A stretch of 63,916 bases of DNA, the filler included, from Intoshia linei (Eukaryota; Animalia; Orthonectida): assembly GCA_001642005.1 (NCBI GenBank). It is 7 parts of 7 records of this genome, joined end to end, with 100 filler letters (N's around TTAATTAATTAA, not from the genome) between each part and the next. Parts side by side here need not be neighbours in the genome. Positions count along the whole stretch, not along the records: positions 13,080 to 39,190 come from LWCA01000479.1; 6 more parts are not named here. One strand, written 5' to 3'. Below are positions 26,001 to 39,290 of the stretch, one piece after another. The notes beneath the pieces are model-generated. The model was not told where the DNA came from, searched no databases, and saw only the letters and a program-made list of their open reading frames with translations. Both the position numbers and the translations under genes were made by a program. The stretch's first letter is position 1. Every line of letters begins with the position of its first letter.

Positions 26001-29000
26001 TATAGGTTTAGGTGTTTGAGGTAAATTAAAGTGTTTTTTGCATTTATCAATATTTAAAGTCACAGATTCTGGTAAAATTTCACGTAATTTTTGGGAAGGT
26101 TCTTCAATAGAATAATTATTAGCCAACAAGTAGGCTATGGATGGATTACCACACTTTTCCAAAATTCTCACCTGGTCAGTATACATACCGGAAAACATGG
26201 CTATTTGAAGCTGCAAATTATGGTCATTTTTACTTTCAGTAGTTTTCATAATTTTCAACAATTTGGCCGTCTGACCAGAAATTATATAGAAAAAGGCGAG
26301 TTGATCTAAATCGTTTATTCTTTGATAGCATAACTCTACAATCTTTAAATTTCCGTGTTTAAGAGCTACTTGAGATAATTGAGTCCAACACTTTTCAAGG
26401 TCAATTTTTCGGGCCGAAGCTAAAGCGACTTCCAAATTTCCACATTCCAACGCAAGTGAAAATTTTGTCTTGTCGTCGTTGACGAAATGTAAGGCAATTT
26501 CTGGATACCCCTTCTTCTGTAAATATGCAATAATACTTTGTCCAATCAATTTCGTGGTACGAATCATGTTTAAAACCTCATCGTACCTTTTTGTAATCAA
26601 CGCCAATTTAAATTTGTACTCGGTAGTGTCAATCTGAACAATTCTGATATTAACACTGCGATCTATACAATACAGTTTTCCTTCATAAATTGCAGCCAGG
26701 TAAACGGGAAATTCGAGGGTTCGAATAATGCCGAAATCTCCATTCATTAATAAATATTTTATGTGATGATTCGTTGTGTAAACAAAAACATTAGAATCCC
26801 AGAGACCACTCTTGACTCTGGTATTTTCTCTTATTGATGTGATGCTATTCAATTGACGATCCACAATATAGATGGACTTTACACATAATAAGGCTGCAAA
26901 TTTTCCATCTTCCCTCCAATGAATATATTTGACTTTGGGGAATTTACAAGAAATTAATTTTTTGTTTTGCTGAATATCAAACAAAGTTAACATTTCCATT
27001 TCCTTCAGTAAAACACATCCTAATCCATAGTAAAATAATTTTTCTACATTAGAAATTGCAATCTTTTTTGTAATTTCGCCTTCCATGTTTTTAACCAAAA
27101 GATTATTTGATCGGTCCAAAAGAACATATCTATTTCTAGTAATCCAAACAGCATCCGTTATTGCATGATTCTTTTCCATTCCACCTGTGTTACTGAAATT
27201 TATCATGGTATAGGTAATATCTTTAGACTTTGAAATCATTTTTAAAATTAAACAGTTGGCCGTGAAGTTATATTCGAGAGCTTTTATGCGATTTTTTGTA
27301 GTGGTTCGACTGTACACCTTCTCATCTCTATTAGTTTTAAAATCCAAGCGTCTTACTGTATTTTTACTAAAATAAAACATGGATTCTTTACATACACAGA
27401 ATGCTGGCCTTTCACTTTCCAATTTAAACACCATTAGTCCACTGTCATGACCTGCCGCAATCAAATTATTAGACGGGTGAACTCCCAAACACCAAAACCT
27501 GTCGTTTTCGATTCGATGGCTGTCTATACAGATTCTACTATTCAAATCCCAAAATCTAATAGTCTGGTCAACTGAATTACTAATTACAATGTCTTTGAAT
27601 GGATGGAAAATAACATGAGAAACATGATTGTGGTGACCTCGTAATGTATCAAATTGAGTAGCTTTCGTGTCTAAAATGAATATTTAGAAAAAGGGTATAT
27701 TTTTAATGTACCTGTAATCTTCCAAATCCGAATTAATTTGTCATCAGACGCAGAAAGTAAAATAGGTAATTTTTTATGAAATTCAACCCAATTTACAGCA
27801 CCATCGTGGCCTTCCAGTACATGCATAACAATAAAATCACCTATACTGAATAACTCTGGTCTACCTACAGCTCTAATTTTTTCTTCAAATGCAGATTGTG
27901 GAGGTGATATATTCTTTTTAAACAAATCTATTTAAAAAATTTAAAAATTTAAAAATTTATATTATATTTACTGGAAATGTCCCAAATACGAATTGTTTGA
28001 TCAAGAGAACAAGAAGCAACTAAATTTCGAACGGGGTGGAATATTGCACACATGACATAATTACTGTGACCAGCCAAAATACTAAACATTTTAAAGTTAA
28101 TTGGTTTAATTAATAATAATAACAAGTCGTAATCAACGACCGAAACATTGTAATAAGTTCTCAATCTTAATTCGGAGTGTGTTATACATTTTCTAAATTT
28201 TTCCAAAAGGTTTATGGCAGTTTTGGTGACATTTAATTTTATACATATAAAAATAATGCGTTTTCCACGCAGAGTACCATTACATACAATAGTGTTTCTC
28301 AACGGGTGGGACCATCAAAATAAAAATAAATTGAAACTTGTAAATTTTTTTAAACTTTTCTCAGTTTATGAAAAAAGTTGAATACAAAATTGAATAGCTG
28401 TGTGTTACAATTAAATTAAAAAATTAACAGTCTTAGAATTTAAAAACCATACTTTCTAATGGTTTTTCGAGAGTGATGCTTATCGCAAATTAAATGTTCA
28501 AAAATTAAGTCAAATTATGTTAAAAACCCAATTTACCCTTTTTTTTAAATAAAATCAGCCCTAGAATTTAAAAAAGCATTCATTTAAAATCTCAACCTCA
28601 GAAACTTACATTTTCATGATCAAACCACAAATTACCTTTTTTAAAAAATGAAAAATAATCGAATTTTATAAAACATAAATTCTGGAATAGATTTTGAAAT
28701 AATGAGCATTACCACTAAAAATTTAGCCATATGAAAATAATAATGGTTCCAATGGAAAAGGGTTTAAAACGACTGGATTTTCATCTAATAAATACAAAAA
28801 CAAACCCTAAACACTGTCTAGATTGCCAGTTCCAAATTCTACATGTTTGGTCGTCGGAGGCACTTATTATCCACGGGTGTTCCTATGCATATTTTTTAAT
28901 AATAAAATTTAAATTAAATGAATATTTAAATAAATGAAAAAAAGTATTCCCTAAAATAATAAAAAATAAAAATTAATTTGTAATAATAAACTTAGTTCCT

Positions 29001-30648
29001 TATGTATTTACGTCTATTTGATAGTCTCTACGATTTTAAAATTGTATATTAAATATAGTCACATCCCTATTTCATCAGCTCAATCATTAACGATTTTTTA
29101 GATGTCCATTTTGGGTCAAGTAGAGTTTTAACAATTTTCAATGTTTAAAACATTTTTTTTTCAGTTTAGGTACCAACTGTGAATTATGTTGGGAACCGCT
29201 GCGATGAACGTTTTGACGCATGATGAACGCATAACATGCATAATTAATAATTACATCATGAAAAAAGGTTGTTCTAACATAATCCAAATGTCCAACTAAA
29301 TCGAAAAGTTTCTTCTTTTGCTCATAGTTCCAAACCTATTTAAATTTACAAATTACATTGTAATTAAATTTCTAAAAAATCAAAAATCAAAAAAACAATT
29401 AAAATCTGATATATGTCGCGTCTAATCTTAGAAATATAAATTTTTTTCAAAGATTGTAAAATGTCTGATTTATATTTACTTTATATATATTTATTTATAG
29501 AATAAAAATAATTAGTAATGTGACCATTCCATTGTTGGAATCAATGTCATAATAGATTCAAAGACTGATATCAAAATTAAAAAATTACGGGGATTATCCG
29601 TAGAGTCGTGTCTCTTATGCAATGTATACATTTTCAAAACTCTATAAAATATTTAAACCATTTGAATTACTCAACTACTCATTAAATATTTAACTTAGTC
29701 TACTGTCTTTTCTCGATTATAAGCAGACCCCTGAAATACAAATTTTCAGTAAAATTTTTAACTAAATAAAATTTGAATATAAGCAGTTTCTATTTGTAAC
29801 TTAAAAAAAAGAACTTTATAAAAAAAATAGACAACATATCAGTTTATTTCTAAAAAATAACTTCCTTCATACAATAGAATGTCTAATTTATAAGTTTATA
29901 CTAATTAGAAAAAAAATTTTAGTATATTTTTTATATTTTTCAAGGTCTACTTAAAAGTTTGCTTTTTTTGATTATAAGCATTTTTCCTTCTACTCTCGAA
30001 TATAAGAAGACTTCTTATAATCAAGAAAAGACAGTAAATAGCAATTAATTTTTAGATTTTACATTAATTTTTCTAATAATTTTGGCGACACTCGCAAAAT
30101 AAAAAAGCATAGGTTGATGTATGAATTATTAAAAGAAACACAAAATTACCTTAATTTTATAATCATCTCCACCACTAACAAAAATTGGTTTGTTTTTATG
30201 AAAACATAATCCTCTAACTGGCCCTAATTTATATTATAAATTAAAAGATAATACATTAAATAAAACATTTCTAAATTTTCATACTACATAAAAACTCTAT
30301 ACATACCTCTATGATCTTCATATTTTTCAATCATAGATTTAATTCTGTAGTCCCAAAGCTGTATAGTACCAGTATGTAAACTAACCAAAACCCACGGTCG
30401 TGTGGGATGGAAAGAAATAGCTAAATTAACGATTCAGTAAGATTGAAGTCCCTACAAGTCAAAAACACAACAAATCACAGTATAATAATCAATTGGAATA
30501 AAAAGTCTTTAAAATAATTCAAAAAACTAAGAGACTGGAAAATTGATAAAATACAAGATACACTGGATTATTAAGTTTAGGTAATTGCAATTAAATTTGT
30601 TTTAATACCTTTAACTCTGGCTGATTTTGTTTTAAATTTAATTAACAT
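23061..30648 (-). CDS. COPA: Coatomer subunit alpha (about 14 exons)
   Basis: [81 protein letters not shown], a C-terminal CKFCGA Cys motif and a final exon IGKECPNF*. Confidence 0.96.
24081..24442 (-). mobile_element. Internally deleted Tip100/ZMYM1-like hAT element in a COPA intron (related end at 52160-52202)
   Basis: TIR cagtgtcggatctag / ctagattcgctactg; the minus strand encodes a hAT dimerisation-domain tail [33 protein letters not shown]; no clear TSD. Confidence 0.75.
28960..29201. mobile_element. Partial reverse copy of the 37369-37738 MITE in a COPA intron
   Basis: Reverse complement similarity to about 37369-37625; ends ttgggaaccgctg. Confidence 0.75.
29703..30034. mobile_element. 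Tc1/mariner-superfamily (pogo/Tc2-like) MITE in a COPA intron
   Basis: 21-bp TIR ctgtcttttct(c/t)gattataag with TA on both flanks. Confidence 0.8.
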
Positions 30649-31152
30649 GAGAATATTTTCAATGTTTAAAAAAATAAAGTTGTGGTTTTAAAACGTGTCT
30701 CTTTGCTATAGCTTGACGAGTAAATAAATGTTTATATTTTATCAATTACATTTTTACTTTTGTTCTTACTTTATCTAGAAATGAAAAAATTGCCTTTGGA
30801 GTTCAAATTGTATTGATGAACAAAAGTTTAGAATTTTTTATAAATTTTGGAAGGGTAAATTTAGATTTTTAAGGAGTTGTAATGATTTTTTAGTGTTACC
30901 ATGACACGCGTTATGATTTATTTTTTGGTTTTTGCAGGAGTGGATTTTCCCATAAATTTTTGTAAAAATACATTTATCCTACAATTTGATACAAGTGCGT
31001 AGTTAGAATTATCACAAACGAGTATAAAGTATGTAGTATTAGTTGCGTTATTTTAATCATATAACTAGTTATACCTTTGCAACTCTGTAAATACTGGATT
31101 ATTAATTTTTATCATTTTATGAAAAATAATTTACTTAACAATTAAAATTTAA

Positions 31153-31737
31153 ATGCTTGTAAAAATATTTCTATTTAGTTTTATGCTAGGTTTATTAACG
31201 TATAAATTTGGCTTTAACAAAAAAATATGCAACGAAACGGAGATTACTTACAGGCCTATCCCGACAAAAGCAGATATCGAAGATTTTTTAAATATGATAA
31301 GAGATAATAAAAATATTTGGATGGATAGTTTGAAGATGCATTTAAGGACTGGTGATGACTTTATAAAAATATATAAAGTAGCAAATTTTAAATCGGAATC
31401 AAATATGGATATGAAACTATTTGCAGCAAATAGTATGAATAAAGCAATTTTTGACTTTTTGTAATTACTGAAAATGGGAGAAAAAGGAGTTTGTCCGTTT
31501 TACCAAGCATGCCAGGAATTCCATAAAGTAAATAATGAAATAGAAACTTGTGGGGTATAGATTATATTTATTAGTTGATAATTTACAATATAGATATTGA
31601 AACACGATATTAAACGATCTCTAATTTTCTTACACAATAAAATTGAAGATAATGGAAATTCAATTGAATTTGCTATACATTTAATGGATAATATTTGTTT
31701 ACTTTGTAACACATGTGATCCATATGAAATTGAATAG
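31153..31737 (+). pseudogene. Small Cys-rich secreted-type orphan gene with an internal in-frame TAA (31462-31464)
   Basis: Signal-like N-terminus; the frame stays open after the TAA up to a 39-nt GT-AG intron (31555-31593) and a 47-aa last exon ending ICLLCNTCDPYEIE*. Confidence 0.6.
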
Positions 31738-32994
31738 ATGCTTGGGGATTATTCATGTGTTTGTATAATGTAACTTTATAAATAAATTTATGTAGACAGT
31801 TTTGGCCAAGCAAACAAAATCTTTTCTTGTTTTCGCACTTTCACTTGAACGTTTTTCAAAGGGTCCAAATTGCATATCTAAAATTTCTAATTATTACAAT
31901 TATTTTAATTTTTTTTCAAATAAATAGCTACAAAATAAAAAAATGAATACCAAAATTTCTTTTACCGTGAAAGTATCCTTTTGTGAGATTAAATATTTGT
32001 GAGCATGTTAATTGGAGATAACCGAAGCTGATATTTTTTTGAAAATTTTAGGGCTATTTTCATTTTTTAAAAAATTGCTTTAAAAATTAAAAAACATTTT
32101 AAAAAAATCTGAAATTTTGATAGTTAAAATGCACTTTTTGGGGTTTGAAATTTATAAATTATGATTTTAAAAAATATCCACAATTTATGTTGTATACAAA
32201 TCTAAAACTTTTCATTTAAAAAAAAATGAAATTTGGGGTTTTGGCTGTCGATACAATTAAATATAATTTTGAAATTAATCAAATTGTGTTGATAATTTTA
32301 AAATCTGCATCAGATTATGTATTTTTTATAATTCTAGAACTCGTTCAATTTTTAAAAAAAGGATACTTGGGTTTTTACCTTGAAGAGCCCAAATTCTGAA
32401 AATGTCATTTGCGATAGAATCTAAACGACTAAGAAATCATTAAAGGCAGCGTTTTCCAAATTCCGGTCCGCGAAATAATTTTTACTAATTAGAAGTCAAT
32501 TTATTCCGTTTTTTATGAAAATTTTTTTAATTTTGCCTAATAATTTCTATTTTATCGTCCACGCTATATTTTATAATGTATTACCGGTCCGCCGTAAAAA
32601 AAGTGTGGGAATCCTTTTTAGCCTGGCATCCCTACACTCATTCTTAACTTGGGTTCGATGTGAGTTTATATAATTAATTGTAAATGTAATTACTAATTAC
32701 TTAACTTACTGTACATTTGTAAATGTAAATTAGCGTTTAAAAGTAAAGTTTTAAATGTAATGTACATTGTTGTCTTAGTTAAATCACTAGACATTCACCA
32801 TTAAAATTCCGTGACTGAATTTGAAAATGAACATTTTTCCTGATTTTTTTATATCTATTCCAATAGATAAAAGGCGAAAACATACACATAGATATGTTGT
32901 TGGACAGTATACTTATAACAATGAAAAAAAGGTACATTTTCACTTTCCATTAATCAAAATAGGGTTTCAATGTGTCAGAAAATAATATACACAA

Positions 32995-33490
32995 TAGGGG
33001 TGTGAATTTTTTACTTTTTTGCGAAAATACAAAAGTGCTACCCCATACGTGGAAGATGGGGTTGAATGATACGCAACTATCAAAAAAGGTTAAAAAAAAA
33101 ACCTGGGGCAAAGCACTTCAAAATATAAATAATGAGAAAAATTTAATTTATTTTGTATAGAAATTTCATAACAATTAATTTTCAATTTATATTTTTTTAT
33201 ATTTATTCAGTTTTTTCATTAGAATCGGTTTTTAATATCAATTCGGCGTTCATAATTCGCTAGACGATAATTTCGCGCATCTTTATAGCTATTTGTATAA
33301 AAAATTTTATATTTAAGAAAATTGTCATATATTAGTTACTGTGAGCCATATATTGTTCAAAACTTTAGAGGCGATGCCCCAGGGTTTTTTTAGCAGTAGA
33401 GAGGTAGGATTGGGTGCAAATTGACTATTTTCAAAATGTTCATATGGTGGAAAGATGCACTTTTGATATAAAAATTCGTTCACACCCCTA
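32995..33490. mobile_element. hATm-like MITE (partial copy at 52756-52923)
   Basis: TIR TAGGGGTGTGAA/TTCACACCCCTA; TSD atacacaa/ataaacaa. Confidence 0.85.
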
Positions 33491-33517
33491 ATAAACAATG
33501 TTTAATAGGGTGTACAC

Positions 33518-34185
33518 TAGTGGTGTGATTTTTTATACTGTTTTTCGAAATTTCATGGTCCAAATACTGATAAAGTTGCGTGTGATAGTTTTATGATAAT
33601 CGTGAAAAGAAGAAAAATTTTCAGTGGAAGAGATTGCCAATTTAAAAATTTCATACAAAAATGTTCTACAAAAACTAAAATATAACTTTATATACTGAAA
33701 TGTTACGATGAGATCCTGTAGTTATGTTTTGAGTGGTCTTGTGTTGTTCGCCATGTTTGGTTGTTCATTTTGCATCTTTAAATTTAATTCTACCTCATTT
33801 ATTTTTGTTTTAAGATAAAATTTTTATAAAATAAAAAGAATATCTATAACATCTATATATAATAAAATAAGAATAACTACTAATTAGAATAAAACATCTA
33901 TAAAATAATAAGTAAAGGAGGTAGAATTAAATTTAAAGGTGCAAAATGAACAACCAAGCATGACAAACAACACAAGACCACTCAAAACATAACTACAGGA
34001 TCTCATCGTAAAATTCCAGTAAATAAAGTTATATTTTAGTTTTTGTAGAACATTTTTGTATGAAATTTTTAAATTGGCAATCTCTTCCACTAAAAATTTT
34101 TCTTCTTTTCACGATTATCATAAAACTATCACACGTAACTTTATCAGTATTTTGACCTAATTTATAAAATTTTGGAACACCCCTA
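33518..34185. mobile_element. Long-inverted-arm (foldback-like) element, family C; relatives at 41462-43180 and about 58930-59355
   Basis: Inverted arms of about 230 bp (33567-33795 vs 33917-34152); termini tagtggtgt / acaccccta; TSD gtgtacac/gtatacac. Confidence 0.85.
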
Positions 34186-34526
34186 GTATACACTTTTGCT
34201 TTTTTCTATTAGAAACCCCACTTTGCATATGGAAGCCTTTTTTGGTTTTAAGCATTTATCGAAAAAAATGAAATCGGTTAAGATAAATTTAAGTTTTGTT
34301 TATTTATAATTAGCTTTAGTTTCTATAGTTTTAACTCATTTGATGGATTTACCATTATTTGTGCACCATTTTAAACCGCTTTTTTTAACTTCAGTTCTAC
34401 CTCATTTATTTTGGTTTTTACGAAATTCATTTTCAGTAATGTACATTTTACAATCATTCTAATGTCACGATATGCATTTATTTTTTATCAGATCAGAATG
34501 AAATAATTAAACTTTAGTATCATAAT

Positions 34527-34880
34527 ATGGCCTATTCAAATGACAAGTATGATGTTGCGTGTTTAATTGAAGGGAAAGAAAATTCTAGATATGATAAAAC
34601 CGTACAAGATGGCGAAGAATCCAGTATACTATCAGCTAGGGTTTTTGATATGTCTCCTACTCAATTGCGAAGATATATCGATCATAATATTAACCTGTTT
34701 CGAATCCAACGTGAAGAAGAGGCTAATAATATAAATAATGATAGAATAACTGTTGATAATATACCAATTGATAGGGTTCAGCAACCACTTGCTCGGATTG
34801 ATAGAGATTTGACTTTTTCTGGCATTAATTCTGATTCTGATGAGGGTTCATTCATTGATAATTTAAACAATACACAATAG
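34527..34880 (+). CDS. 117-aa acidic Asn/Asp-rich ORF of unknown function, apparently inside a TE
   Basis: ATG-initiated ORF with protein-like composition and higher GC than its flanks. Confidence 0.45.
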   Translation: MAYSNDKYDVACLIEGKENSRYDKTVQDGEESSILSARVFDMSPTQLRRYIDHNINLFRIQREEEANNINNDRITVDNIPIDRVQQPLARIDRDLTFSGINSDSDEGSFIDNLNNTQ

Positions 34881-35140
34881 AAATACGCTTATAACTATTT
34901 AAAATGTTTGCTAGTGCAATATAAAATCTCAATTTTTATAAAAGTAATAAATCCTATTAAGGATATAATGTATTTTACATATAATATTTATTAAAACAAA
35001 TTTTTAAACATATATTGAATTTATTAATTATTCAATTCAGCATATCTGGTATTATCACTTTCAATTGTTATTTTGTGATGTTCGCTAAATGTATAATTAA
35101 TGTTTTTGTATAATTATTTTTAATAATATGAAAATTGTCT

Positions 35141-35216
35141 AAAAGCTTTTAAAAGTTAATTGAAATTTTACTATATCCAAAAGCTTTTAAAAGTTAATTG
35201 AAATTTTACTATATCC
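35141..35216. repeat. Exact 38-bp tandem duplication (two copies)
   Basis: aaaagcttttaaaagttaattgaaattttactatatcc occurs twice in tandem. Confidence 0.95.
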
Positions 35217-36005
35217 AATTTCTGGCATCCTCAGAAACATATATTTTATCCAGTTTTTTGATAATTTTATGTTCAGAAATTTTAATACCCTTTTATTTGC
35301 TTCATTTATTATAAATATAAATTTTAGGAAAAAATTACCCTAAATACATTTGTATTATTGTGTTCAACATAATTTTATTATGTAAAGACTTTTTTAAAAA
35401 CATTTTATTTCAAAAATTATAGAATAAAAATCCTGGTAGAAACCTACTAAAATGTGGTGTGTTAATTTTGAGACTTTTTTCTGGAGTGTTTTCTAATCAA
35501 AAAATTGTCACTTAGCACTACAATTGAAACCAAAGCTAAATTTTTACGGGTATAAGAGAAAATGAGTAACATTTTTCAGCAATTTTTTCAATGCAATCAA
35601 CTATAAATTTAACAAAACTTGAAAAACACAAAAATTCAATGATGCCCAGGTAAACCTTGTTTACTTATGGACTCTCTCTTATGATTTTTTTATTAACATG
35701 TAAATTTAATTTTTAAGATTCACATTTTTTGAAATGTGTTAAAAATACATCTAGTGTGTACTTCTAACACGAAAACACGAATTTTTCCATAAATGGTCAA
35801 GTAATAATATGAACTAAAATTGATATTTTTGAATTTGACGGTTCACTGAAAACTATTTGGGAAGCCTTCATATACAAATTTATTTAGTTTATTTAAAAAA
35901 GTAAGGGGAGTGGAGTTTTACAAACTCCATACTCTTATAACGGTTTTTCCAGAGTTTTGTTTTATCGCAAATTTTCAATTTCAGAAATTAGTACATAACA
36001 GTCAA

Positions 36006-38940
36006 CTAGTCAATAATAAAATTATTAAAATACTCTATTTTTGCTTTTGATACATTTTGATTTTGTACTTGAATCGGAAATTCTATTCCATTCCCAAGAC
36101 TAAATATTTAGAATATTACATTAGGTGATACATCAATATATACTGTAAACCAGTGCTTCTCGAAATAGTTAATGTGGACCCCAGGGGTCTACGCTATATA
36201 ACAGGGGTCCATCGATAAAGTAATGTATTATTTCAGAAATTCATTTAATATTATTATGGAGAAATCACCACTAAATCCGAATTTACCAATCCTCAAAGAA
36301 AAAATTCAATTTTACCAACATTTTCCTTTCTCAAGAAAAAATATCTTTTCCAATATTTATTTTAAACAAACAATTTTATTAAATCTAAAGAATAAAACTT
36401 AATCTAACCCTAAAGAAAAAATCCAAGTTTACCAACTCTTACGGAATTAGAAATTCACTGCTGTAAACTATTTCGTTGGAGCGTGATAAAAATTTTATTA
36501 TACATTATAAAAGCTGTCATTACACAAAGTCTCAGGTGAAAAATTTTGGAATCACATTTCGATTAACATAAATATTAAATTACCTAGTAAATACAGGTAA
36601 AAACCAATAACGTTTTTTGATTCCAAAAACTTCGATAAAATTTTGTTTGCAGCCTAAATCAAACAATGTGACATTTTTTCCGAATTCGCTATAAGGCTTT
36701 TTAATTGATTCTAAATTATTTTTTTTAACATTATTTTTATAAAATTATCACAGAATTTATTAAAATTAAGGATTACAGGGCTACCGTTTGAATGGAAGAT
36801 TTACAAATTAAAATAATGCAATTTTACATAAACTTATTTACAATACTAAATGACATAAGAGCTATTAAATCAGAATGTATTCTTATTTGAAAAAACTCGT
36901 ATAATGAACATTAAAATATACAATTAAACTTTAATTGTACTCAAATTAATAAAAACAAACCTAAAGTTGTTATATTTTTGAAAATGTTAAAAATGTGGTA
37001 ACAAGTAAATATAAACAGAGTAAAGAAAAAGCCTACAGAAAGGCAGAACGAAATAAGCAATTGTATCCATCTGGATTTATTATTGGATACCTAAATAAAT
37101 AATTAATATACATGTAATTTTAGTTAAAAGCAGTGGTAGACAAATATAAGGTTAGATTCACTAGGTATACAAAAACTGTTTTACTACGAGCAGTAATTTC
37201 AGAGTAAATTTCCAATCTTCGCGAACCATTTAAAATCTAATTGTTAAAAAACGTTACCAAAATATCACATTAATTTTTTGTCTTCGTTCACATTTTCAAA
37301 AAAAGACAGAAATAAAATAATTTAATAATGGGTAATAATGGTAGTTACTATGATGGATGTGGCTAAAACAGCGGTTCCCAACATACTTCGCAGTTGGTAC
37401 CCTAAACTGAAAAAAAATAATTTGGTACTATAATAATTTTAATTTAGTGTAACTATGCCACCGTATCAATTAAAAAAAATATACTTGACCAAAAATCGTT
37501 AATGATTGAACTGACGAAATAGGAACGTACATATATGCTATGCAACCTTAAAATTGCAGAGACTATTAAATAGACGTAAATACATAAGGCACTGAGTATA
37601 TTATTACAAATTAATTTTTATTTTTTGGAATTTAAAAAATATCTATAATTTATGAGTCATAGTATCAGACGAGCTGGTACCACCAAAATAATTTCAGTTA
37701 CCCCTTAGGGGTTCCAGTATCCCACTTGGGAACCGCTGGGCTAAAATGAGTTTAATAGATAGGAATTAACTAAGGCTAAAGGGAACAAGAGATGATTACT
37801 TTTTGACTACATTCTAAAATGTTTTGCGAAGCTATACTTATTAATGTAAATATTACCGAATATGTAAATAAATATTTTATAACAGTGAGACTGAAAAACA
37901 TTGTATATATTGTGGTGTAAAATATGAAGAGGAAAAAGAATTTATAATTATGAAAGCCAATGCAACATCCCACCCTAAAAGTAAATTTAAAAATGATATT
38001 CATAATTTTAATCAATTATATTTTTACCATATGCAATGATGGTCCATTTTCAAAATGCAACTAATTATAATGTATTAATAATATAAATGTAACTAGATAT
38101 TTTCAATTAAGATTGTTACCTTTCCCGCGATTTTTAGAGTCTTTAGGGTAATTTTTGTATAAACCCATCAAAGTGGATTTAACATTAATTTATTAAACTG
38201 TCTACAAAAAACCTCACTTTAATTCATATTAAAAAAATTTAATTGTCATATAACATACACTAAATACCACTATTATGGTTGATTAAAAATGGTTATAATT
38301 GACATATCCTAATAAAACGAGAAAAATTACTGTGATCGGTAAACATTGATCCAAATAGAAAATATTTACAATAAAAAAACAAAATGTACCATTGACACAT
38401 ATCACAATGATGTGCTCGATCAGGTTTAATAATATTACATTTTGAACAGACGCGTATCTTACAAACTGGGGACATAAAACTTCTATAGTCGCGCATTTTT
38501 ACTGGTAAATTTTGGCATCTTTCATTTAAATAATCAATGTCTTGATTGGTAATTTTAAACTATTTTAAAGAAAATTACATCAAGAAATACAAATAAAAAG
38601 TGTAAATGAGTCATTTTCTCTCACAAATTAAAAAAACTAAATTCTTTTTACGTTTTTTGTTAGTTCGATTCGTATATTTTCAGGATATTACAAAATTATT
38701 ATAGAAAATGTAATATTAAGGCTCTATTAAGATATTATGACATACAAAAATAAAATATACTATATTTTAAAATACATTCTCAAAAGGAATGCATCATAAC
38801 TACGCCAATATTGACTAAAAAAGTAATAACTAGAGTAAACAAATGCAATTTTTTATGGCACTAAAGTTACTAAACAACAAGAAGACAACAATTGATGCAA
38901 AGTTCATTAAAATTATTTGAATTGAAAATGAAATAGTCAT
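36006..38940 (-). CDS. DHHC palmitoyltransferase, ZDHHC2/15/20-like (5' exons uncertain)
   Basis: CSKCNIIKPDRAHHCDMC, CILKMDHHCIWVGCCIGFHNYKFF, NITTLE, FDLGCKQNFIEVFG..WFLPVFTSLGNGIEFP. Confidence 0.9.
37369..37738. mobile_element. Buster/Charlie-type hAT MITE in a DHHC intron
   Basis: TIR CAGCGGTTCCCAA/TTGGGAACCGCTG; perfect TSD ggctaaaa. Confidence 0.92.
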
Positions 38941-39290
38941 TAAAATATTAATCATTAATTATGACATTAAAATATTTTAAATAATATAATTAAAGAATAA
39001 AATATATTTAAGATTAACAATTAGTCATTATTATAATACAGTATGAAATATTTTTCAATATTTTTTTTAAAAAATGGTAGATCTTTGGTTACCATTCTTT
39101 TTAGTTTTGAGAAACTTCTTTCAACGGAACAAGAAATTGGTTAGCATTTCTTTAAATCAACGTATATACTTGGTGGGATGTCATTTCTCGNNNNNNNNNN
39201 NNNNNNNNNNNNNNNNNNNNNNNNNNNNNNNNNNTTAATTAATTAANNNNNNNNNNNNNNNNNNNNNNNNNNNNNNNNNNNNNNNNNNNN

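Noticed and set aside
31462-38782. Alternative genetic code (TAA/TGA reassignment) suggested by internal stops
   Set aside because: Conserved genes terminate normally at TAA (RCL1, LEKR1), TGA (COPA) and TAG (DHHC), and long exons contain no internal stops
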